Source: Clostridium sp. (lineage in GTDB: Bacteria > Bacillota > Clostridia > Oscillospirales > Acutalibacteraceae). From it: DNA of 64,000 bases. The position numbers were made by a program, and so were the translations under genes. The notes under the pieces were generated by a model. The model was not told the DNA's origin. It made no database searches and saw only the letters and a program-made list of their open reading frames with translations. Location of the stretch: assembly GCA_031272895.1 (NCBI GenBank), contig JAISSW010000016.1, positions 159,098 through 223,097 on the forward strand. The letters are read 5' to 3'. This document shows positions 17,959 through 26,700 of this stretch, in pieces. The stretch's first letter is position 1, and every line of letters begins with the position of its first letter.

Positions 17959-19512
17959 ATGGAAAAGATTCTTGTCTTGGATTTTGGCGGTCAATACAAC
18001 CAACTGATTGCCCGCCGTGTGCGCGAACATAACGTCTTTGCGGAAATCCGTGCCGGGAGCAAAATAGGAACGGACGGCGGCGCAAGCCTTGACCAGCTGC
18101 GCGAATATAAGGGCATTATTTTTACCGGCGGGCCCAACTCCGTCTATGCCGACGGGGCGCCGCGCTGCCCTGCCGCAGTGCTGGATTTAGGCGTGCCTGT
18201 TTTGGGCATTTGCTACGGTGCCCAGCTGATTGCCTACCTTGCGGGCGGACAGGTCAAGCCCAACAACGGCGTTAGCGAGTATGGGCATACGCCGTTCACA
18301 CACAACGGCGCTTCCAAGCTCTTTGACGAGGTGCCGGCTCAAAGCGTGTGCTGGATGAGCCATGGCGACAGCATAACCGAGCTGCCTTACGGCTTTGCTG
18401 CCACCGCCGCCAGCGAGGGCTGCCCTGTCGCCGCAATGGAGAACCCCGAAAAGGGGCTTTACGCCGTGCAGTTCCACCCGGAGGTTAACCACACGGAATA
18501 CGGCGAAAAAATCTTCCATAACTTTTTATATAATATCTGCGGCTGCAAGGGTGATTGGGTCTTGGACGATTTTATCAGCCGCAAAATCAGCCAATACCGC
18601 GACGAATTGAACGGCAAAAAGGTACTGCTGGCTCTCTCCGGCGGGGTGGACAGCTCTGTCACCGCGGCGCTGCTGAGCAAGGCAATCGGCGAAAATTTGG
18701 TCTGCGTTTTTGTTGACCACGGGCTTATGCGCAAGGACGAGGGCGACTGGGTTGAGCAATATTTTACTTCCAACTTCGACATGCGCTTCGTGCGGGTCAA
18801 CGCGGCAAAGCGTTACCTAAAAAAGCTCAGGGGCGTCACCGAGCCTGAGAAAAAGCGCAAAATAATCGGCGCGGAGTTTGTGGAAATTTTCAAGGAAACC
18901 ATGGAGCAAATCGGCTATAAGCACGTTTTTGCTCAGGGAACAATCTACCCCGATGTGATTGAAAGCGGCGTAGGCGACGCTGCGGTTATAAAAAGTCACC
19001 ACAACGTGGGCGGGCTGCCCAAGGAGGTGCTGGAGAAATTTGACGGTCTGCTTGAGCCGCTGCGCGATTTGTTCAAGGACGAGGTGCGCACAATCGGCGA
19101 AAAGCTTGGGCTTCCGCATGAGCTTGTTTGGCGGCAACCGTTCCCCGGTCCGGGGCTTGGGATACGCTGCATAGGCGAGGTTACGGAGGAAAAGCTGAGC
19201 ATCGTGCGCGAGGCTGACGCAATCTTCCGTGATGAGGTTGAAAAGGCGGGGCTTGATTACACCCTGAGCCAATATTTTGCGGTTGTGACCGATGTAAAAA
19301 GCGTTGGCGTTATGGGCGACAGCCGCAGCTATGACCGGATGGTGGCGCTGCGCTCAATCGACACGGCGGACTTTATGACCGGCAACTGGAGCCGAATCCC
19401 GTATGAGCTGCTGGCAAAGGTGAGCAGCAGGGTTATCAATGAGGTAAAGGGCGTTAACCGTGTTGTTTATGACATAACCAGCAAGCCCCCGGGCACGGTG
19501 GAGTGGGAGTAG
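17959..19512 (+). CDS. guaA: GMP synthase (glutamine-hydrolysing)
   Basis: 517 aa. It has a GATase domain (ILVLDFGGQYNQLIARRVRE, GICYG), the PP-loop SGGVDSSV, and the C-terminal GTVEWE. Confidence 0.95.
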   Translation: MEKILVLDFGGQYNQLIARRVREHNVFAEIRAGSKIGTDGGASLDQLREYKGIIFTGGPNSVYADGAPRCPAAVLDLGVPVLGICYGAQLIAYLAGGQVKPNNGVSEYGHTPFTHNGASKLFDEVPAQSVCWMSHGDSITELPYGFAATAASEGCPVAAMENPEKGLYAVQFHPEVNHTEYGEKIFHNFLYNICGCKGDWVLDDFISRKISQYRDELNGKKVLLALSGGVDSSVTAALLSKAIGENLVCVFVDHGLMRKDEGDWVEQYFTSNFDMRFVRVNAAKRYLKKLRGVTEPEKKRKIIGAEFVEIFKETMEQIGYKHVFAQGTIYPDVIESGVGDAAVIKSHHNVGGLPKEVLEKFDGLLEPLRDLFKDEVRTIGEKLGLPHELVWRQPFPGPGLGIRCIGEVTEEKLSIVREADAIFRDEVEKAGLDYTLSQYFAVVTDVKSVGVMGDSRSYDRMVALRSIDTADFMTGNWSRIPYELLAKVSSRVINEVKGVNRVVYDITSKPPGTVEWE

Positions 19513-19518
19513 TTGAAT

Positions 19519-19570
19519 CACGCCGTCAAATGCCTGTGTTTATCAGCATTTGGCGGCGTGTGTGTTTTGG
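19519..19570 (+). terminator. Intrinsic terminator of guaA
   Basis: A 15-bp stem CACGCCGTCAAATGC/GCATTTGGCGGCGTG with one A/G mismatch and a 12-nt loop, followed by TGTGTTTTGG. Confidence 0.6.
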
Positions 19571-19769
19571 TGGTGGCTCTGCTTTGGCTCTACGCGAGGA
19601 CTTCGGGATTTTTTTGCGCCATGCTTCACGCTCCACTCTTAATCTGCCGTTGGTTCTTGAAAGACTACCGTTTCGATCCGTTTCATCGAATTTGCACTCA
19701 CCGCGACGATACATATCCGCCCAAAAAGCAATAGCCTATTTTTTGCATTTTGCCAAAGCGTGGGCGAAA

Positions 19770-20708
19770 TTACCTTTTTTTGCGCTTTTTCTTTTTGCCG
19801 TGTATCTGCTTTGGCGCTCCGTTCCACGCCCGCTTGAGCTTTTGTCCCACGCTCTCCGCCGCCGCCAATAGCCTTTGGTTCAGGCTCCTCTCGCCGCGCG
19901 CTTCAAACGCCTTGTTATACAGCACCCACAGCCAAGCCACGCAGTAGATAACCGTAAGCAGGCTGAACCACTGCCAAAGGGTCAGCCCAAGCGTGTGCCC
20001 TACGGGGTCAGTAGCTGAGTAATAGCGGAAAAAGTCGCTTATAAAACGGAGCGTGCTGAAAATCCCGGCACAAATAGGCCAAGCGCTTCCGATAATATAG
20101 CTCTTGCTCTTTTTTATAAACCATAGGGTAAATATGCAGGCAAAAAGTGCCGCAAATGATTCAAATTCCGGAATGGGAAGATAATATACTGATGTTGCCC
20201 CTTCAGTCAAGACTGCCGGCGTAACCCCCCATGATGCCAGTTCGCCAAAGCAGCAGCCACCGAAGCAGCAGCCCAGCTTGCCAAAGCAAACCATAATTGC
20301 GATTGGCGCGGCAGATAGGTCGTAAAACTCCTTTTGCGGCAGGCGCGCAAGCTTCAGCAGCGGCCACATGAGCGCCGGCAAAAACAGGAAAGCTCCCGGA
20401 ATCAGCAGGAAGCTGCCTATTATTTCATTTCTGCCTCCCCAGCCATCAAATATCCATGCTGTGAACAGGGCGCTAAAAAAACCGGCGGGGACGATAGTAA
20501 TAGTTATAAGCGGAGCCTGCCGAATACGGATATTCATCCACTTCAGCGTACAAATCACCAATATAGTTGCGACAATCAGACCCACTCCGCTGCTGCCCCA
20601 ATAGAGCATATCGCGCACAGCGGCGGTAGTTATCTCATTATCATCAGTGCTGAGTTTTTCCGCCAACCATTGCGGAAAATTATTAAATAAAAGGTCAAAC
20701 AGATTCAT
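19770..20708 (-). CDS. Divergent Lgt-family (prolipoprotein diacylglyceryl transferase-like) polytopic membrane protein with a poly-Lys/Arg tail
   Basis: 312 aa with about 7 TM segments. FGKLGCCFGGCCFGE sits where Lgt has GRxGNFxNxExxG. LRFISDFFR resembles the Lgt RFxxEFxR motif. A WGG motif is present. The C-terminus is HGKKKKRKKR. G+C is visibly lower than in the flanks. Confidence 0.45.
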   Translation of the reverse strand: MNLFDLLFNNFPQWLAEKLSTDDNEITTAAVRDMLYWGSSGVGLIVATILVICTLKWMNIRIRQAPLITITIVPAGFFSALFTAWIFDGWGGRNEIIGSFLLIPGAFLFLPALMWPLLKLARLPQKEFYDLSAAPIAIMVCFGKLGCCFGGCCFGELASWGVTPAVLTEGATSVYYLPIPEFESFAALFACIFTLWFIKKSKSYIIGSAWPICAGIFSTLRFISDFFRYYSATDPVGHTLGLTLWQWFSLLTVIYCVAWLWVLYNKAFEARGERSLNQRLLAAAESVGQKLKRAWNGAPKQIHGKKKKRKKR

Positions 20709-20736
20709 ACAAACCTCAGTGCTTCACTATGCCAAA

Positions 20737-20763
20737 GCAGACCGCCCGCGAGGGGCGGCCTGC
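20737..20763 (-). terminator. GC-rich hairpin between the giant gene and the Lgt-like gene (weak terminator or attenuator)
   Basis: The minus-strand RNA reads GCAGGCCGCCC-CUCGC-GGGCGGUCUGC. It forms 11 bp including one G-U pair and is followed only by UUUGG. Partial read-through into the Lgt-like gene therefore seems plausible. Confidence 0.4.
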
Positions 20764-20792
20764 TTGCTTGTTAACTGCGCAACGCTTTTGAC

Positions 20793-23700
20793 TTAGGCAA
20801 ACAACCCGAAGATTTTCTTCACCCAAGCAATCAGCGTCAAGAAGAGCTGAATGAAACCAAATTGCGCAATGCCCTCACTCGGCGTTACAACCGCCTTGAA
20901 GTACTTATTGGCAAAGGCTTCTGCGTTCTTCGCGTAGGCTTGGTCGTAGCTGTTGGAGCTGAGCAAGCGCTGATATGCGTTCTTGATAGCCGTATTCAGC
21001 GACTGCCACTTGTTATACGCGGGTGTTATAACCTTTGTATCAAGCCCGAAGCACAGCACGAACAGCGCGTTCAGGGCGACATCAACGCCATAGGTGGTCT
21101 TGCCGGTGATGTCTGACTTGTGGTATGTGGTGATGAACACCAGGATATCCTCAAGTGTTTGCTTGATTGCGGAATACATGGGCTCCTTCAGGCCGTTGTC
21201 GGCGAGGGTCGCCATGATTGTATCCACATTGACCTGAGTACCCGCAACGGACACGAGAACCAACCTGAGCAGCGCGGTGAGCATATACGCCTCGTTTACG
21301 CTGTCTGTCTTGATATAGAGCGCCGGGGCGGCTCCGCTGGCGGAGGTGTAGACTGTTTCGTCTCCGGCGACGACAGCCCTGAGTGCGTCATAGGTCAAGC
21401 CAAGACCCAGACCCTGCAGCACGTCGTCAAGCAATGCGGGAATATCGAGGGCAACATCAATCGGGTCGGTAACGAAGTAGAGCTTGTTGACCTCGGAGAG
21501 GACGTAGTTGACAGGCTCAAGCAGCTTGTCGATGCAGGTATTGAGGTTTGTTTCAGCGAAGTAGAGCAGGTTCGGGAGAACCTTGAAGATATTGACTGTC
21601 GGGTTCGCAAGGATTTGCTCAACCGCGTAGAGAATCGGCTGCAGGATGGCGCGGATTTGTCCCTCGCCGTCCAATGTTGCGAATGTCGCCGGGTCAACAA
21701 CCTCTGTGAGCTTATCTTCGCCAAGTCCGACTACGAACGCCTCAAGGATAGGCACTAAGGCAACCTTGTATCCGTCCGCGCCGAAGATGTTGATGATGTA
21801 GGTGGAGCTATCCGCCTTAACAGCGTGGAGCTTGCTGCTGCTGAGCAACAGGTCAACCACCGGGATTGCGGGCTCAAGCAGCTGCACCAAGCCGTTCACA
21901 AAGCTTGTTTCATCGTTAACGACGATTGAGCCGGAGGTGTAATTCTCGAACGGAGCGAGGATTACGTCAAGGTCGAGCGACTGGATTGTACCCTGTGTTG
22001 CGTTGCTTACCGCCACAAGGTCCTTAAGCAGCTCTGCCAAGCTCTTGCCGCCAACGTTGATGTTGCGGATTGTGGGGATATAGTCCTTAACAAGGTCAAC
22101 AATCATGTCGAAGTTGGACTGCGTGTAGAGCGCGTTGCCAAGCAGGTCTGTGAGGATTGACTCCTCCTCTTCAATCACGTCGTCGATTGTAGCCTGTACG
22201 CTGCCGAACGGCTTACCGAAGAGAATCTTGAACACCTTGTTCAGGAAGTCGTCCGCATGGGCGTAGGTGTAGTCAATGTGCTCCTGCGTCCACCACTCGT
22301 CACGGATTTGGCTGTCAAGCGTGAAGCCCTCTGCGTCGCCGTAGGTTATTGGTGTGTTGAACGTGAACACGCCGTCAGGTCCGTACATGAGGTGGTAGAG
22401 TGCGTCAAGTACAACGTCCGGGTCACCCTGAATGTTGCCGAGTACCTCCGCGACGATGTCAACAATCTGTTGGTCGCCAAGGAACTGGTAGACAAGGTCA
22501 AGTCCCTCTGTTGTGTTAAGTGCGTCAACAAGGTTGAGCAGCACCGAGAAGAAGTATTCAACCTGGCTGGTGCTTAGCTTCGGATAGTATCCTGTCCTTA
22601 CCGCCGACTTGCACTGAACCTTTGCGGTTGTGCTGACGGAGGCTGTGTCGGTTATTGTTCCGACGACAAGCGCCTTGACCAAGTCCGCGTCAACGACGGT
22701 GGTAAGGTCAACGCCTTTAACAACCAACAGACCCTCGTCCTTAAGCATACCGAGTATGCCGTCCAAGCTGAGCATATCAACATAGGAATTGATGAGGTCG
22801 GAGGTGTTGTAGAGCGGACGCACCGTGTCGAGCAGCACCAACAGTGTTTCCAGCGTGTTCTTCAGCGCGTCGCTGAGCGCCGTGTCTGAGGCGAGGAAGA
22901 ACACCATTTGCGGCAGACGGTCAAGCAGCTCGCCAATTGGGTCTGCGGCAATAACCGCCAAGGAGTCGAACACCGGCGCCAGGATTGCGTTGACGAAAGC
23001 CTCGTTGCCGGCCGCCGTGCCGTCATAGAGCGCCTTAACCGCCGTTGCGGATTGCAGGTTAGTGGTGAGCGTCAAGCCCTCCAGCAGCGGGATAAGGCCG
23101 TTCTCGTAGCCATTGTAGCCGGGGATAATGATTGTGTCGTCAAGCACACCCAAATCCTTGTTGAAGAGCATTGTGTAAAGCAGCGGGGCAATTGGCGAAA
23201 CCAGTTTGCCGAGTGCCGCCTGGAATTCCGCCTTGTCGTCAATCTGGTCGTCGCCGTTGCCGATTCCGGTCCAGAACGTGCCGCCGCTGGTGTAGGTCCA
23301 GGTGTTGTACTGGTCAAGGTCAATTTCGGGCAGCAGCTCCGCAACAAGCGGCAGGTAGTCCGCGATTGGGCTTGCCGGTCCAACATACTTCAGCAACAAG
23401 TCTTTAACTTTGTTGAAGATATCCGTTGTGTAAACCTTGCCGTCCAGCAGGTCGTTGACTAAGGCGTTCACGTCCATCAACTCGCCGCCGGTTAGGGCAG
23501 TCAAAATCATGTCGAGTATTGCCTGACCCTCAGCCTGGCTGAGCGGGTGCGTCGCGTTAAAGGTATACGGCGCCTGAACAATACCCGGCGTGTAGCCGAT
23601 TGTGTAGGCGGCGTAATCCGCGCTGGGAATCATAAGCTCCGTTACCGCGGCAATTGCCTCTTCGCTGTCGGGGATTGAAAGGTTCAGCCCAATATCTCTC

Positions 23701-26700
23701 ATGTAGCTGTCATTCAGAACCCTTGTCAGCAAGGTATACAAAACGTCAGCTTTGTCTGCCGTGATGTAGTGACGTGGCTGGGAATTATTAAGCGTATCTG
23801 TACGTTTAGTCGGCAGAATTGTCGCACCGGCAATGTCTGTCGCAGAGGAGCGAATTGTACCGTAGGTTTCAATGTCCGTCAAATCCGGAACATACGCTGC
23901 CGCGCCGCCAAACAGTGCAAGAACTGAATTGAAATTGCCCAAATCCAAACCAAGCCCATCAAGTACACCATTGATTACACTTGAAAGATCGATTCCGGGA
24001 ATAATAAGCGGGTCAGGCATAATTTTATTGTGCGACTCTTCATAAGCTTGCTGCGAAGCCGCCAGACCAGATCCTTGAATCCAAATGTGGATACCATGTT
24101 TCATCGAACCATCCGGGATGTCCGGAGTGCTTTGTAACACAGAGCAGGCAGAAAACGAACCCATTCGTATCCAACCATCAATGTCCACATTCAGTTCAAG
24201 TATAATGCCGTCTAACAGTGAGGAAATACGGTCACGGTCAAATGCGTACAGTAGGTTCGGCAAGAGCTCAAGGAGCTTGCTGACCGGTGCCGCCCCCAAC
24301 TGTTGAATGTAAGCGTCAATCGGGTTCAGTATTGCGTTAACTATATTTTTGCTTGCAGTAAGCACGCTGGACTGATTATAAGTATAGTTTGACTTGCCGG
24401 TTACGTACTTGTAGAATTGGCCCTTGACTCCCGGCGGGTTGCTTTGTCCGGCTGAACCCGCAACCTGTCCATAACTAACACCACCCAAGAAGTTGCCCGA
24501 CGAACCATCGCCATCTGTTGCAGTTGCATAAACCTTGGTAACATGCCCAATTGGCTTGCCGTAATTTGTTTGTGACTGCAGGGTTGACTGCGTTGGAATC
24601 GAATCATAAATCGTTCCTGCACCGGTCGCGGTACCCGCAAGCACTTCAAAGATTGGCGCAAGCAATTCGTTGTAAAGACTCATCGCCGGGATTTGCAGTT
24701 CAATGTAAATTCCGCCTGCCGCAGTTGTTGACCCATTGACAGTGTCGCCCATTGGGCTATACATCGCGTTAAGGTTAAACGGAATAGTGAAATCGCCTTG
24801 TTTTACCGAACCCGTCAAGCTACCGATATTATCGTGGAAAGCGTAGTATTCGGTTCCTGCCATCATTGTTTTCAGCAAAGGCAACAGACCGCTCAACGCC
24901 GCCGCGAGTGCTTTTTTAAACTGCGCCACGCGAGTGCTACCTGCAAGACTATCAATACCCCAGTCAAATACGAGTTCCCCTGCCTTTTGGAAATATGCAT
25001 TATTGGGGTTTGACGGATTTGCGTAATCATATTCCGTCACTCCGGCGGGAGGCGGATTCAACGGGTCGGTAGTGTAAACCTGACGCCCCAAGCTATCAAT
25101 CGTTGGAGTCCAAATTGAAGAATCGTGCCAAATGCCACCGTTTGCCTTGTTGATTGTACCCGGCACATAACCTGAAACGCCGCCTTGAGCGTTTGACTTA
25201 ACAAACAACGACCCATGCAAGTCTGTGTAAGGCGCCTGCGCGGTATAGGTTCCGCCTCCGGCAAGCGTAAAGTTATCAGGTCCAAGTTTTTTCAGTGCGT
25301 TATAGATAGCCGGGAATTCCGAAGAACCCATCGCATCTGCAACAAGGTCCGGATAGAGCCGCAAATCCTGAATGGTATTGGTGTTCAGCGCTGCTTTAGC
25401 CTTATTCGCCAAAATATCGTGCAGGTTAAAGATTTCTAAGGTAAGACCATCATTGCCTTCCAACAGAGATGGGCTAGCAATACCACTAAAGGCGTCCTCA
25501 AACTTCGCCAAAACCAATGGATACAGGAACAACATGAGTGTGTTGACCATCTTGTTGCTGTAAAGCTGATTTTCCAAAATCCCTTGCAAAATGGTGCTGA
25601 CGTTGGTCGTGTCCACACCGTAAAGCATGCTTTCAGGATTACTTGTGTCAACCTTGAGTAAATCAAAGATTGCCTTCACGTCGCCATTGGAGCCAAGCAA
25701 GTCATCCAACTTTGCAACAACATCATTGATTTTATCCTCAGTCACAAGATATTCGTGGTTGTCAACCAGGTCATCCGCTTTTGGTGTTCGGTCAACGTAG
25801 TTGCCGCTTCCGGCCGGGCTGTCTGCGTTATTTGTTATCCAATATTTCTCCGGGTTGTTCTCATAGTCCTGCACTAAGGGCTTAACCTTATTTAACAGGA
25901 ATAGATAGTCATTGATAACATTGCGTGCAACATCTGTGTACGGCGCACCAAACAGCGTTGGCGCCGTTAGCGGGGTAATCGCGTTTATATACTCTTCACG
26001 ATAAGTAGTGTTGAGAAGTCCATTATACAAGCTCGCCTTTATTGCATTGATTGCCATAAGCAAAGGCGCCGCATTTGTTGGGCTAACCCTTATGGTGCCA
26101 TCCGTGAACTGAATAAGGTTGCTTGCCTCAAGGTCAAAGTAAACGCTCATGGCATTTGAAACCTGCTCTGCAAAGCGTGAAGCAAGCTCGCCGCCATTAC
26201 TGCCGAGTACATTCGGCATAATGTAGTAATCCTCATAGGAAATCCACGCTGAGTTAACCGAATCGTAAATATACCAAATTTCTTGGTTAAGCTCCGCCGT
26301 CATCTTGGAGTCTGCATAGGCGGCTGCCTTTGCAGTCTTATATTCGGTGTACTTAGCGTCCGCCGCGGCAAAATTGCTGATTAGCGTTGCATCATTCGCG
26401 AGCTTTGCCTGGGCGGCAGTTATCCCCATTGAGAGGAAGTCATTACGCAAGCTATACCACGTTGCCTCATGCACCTTGCGGTATTGTACCTCTGCGTTAA
26501 GACGATTGTAAATGCTAGACATCTTAAGGTAGAATGGGAACAGTGTGCCAACGTCCGAACCCAACCCATTAAGAACCGCCTGGTATGTGTTTGCTTGAAG
26601 CGAAAGCACACCGATTTGATTTGTGGAAACATACTTGTCCTGGTCCGCCACAGGGGTTCCGGCAGGATACGGTAAATCCCAATTCGCCCCCCACCAGCTG

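Noticed and set aside
19571-19769. About 200 bp of unassigned DNA between the guaA terminator and the end of the Lgt-like gene. I looked for a small ORF, an ncRNA or an integration-site repeat.
   Set aside because: No ORF has an RBS and no convincing stable structure or terminator is present. I found no direct repeat matching the other end of the cassette (28600-28773). It could still be a cassette boundary remnant, but I cannot support this.
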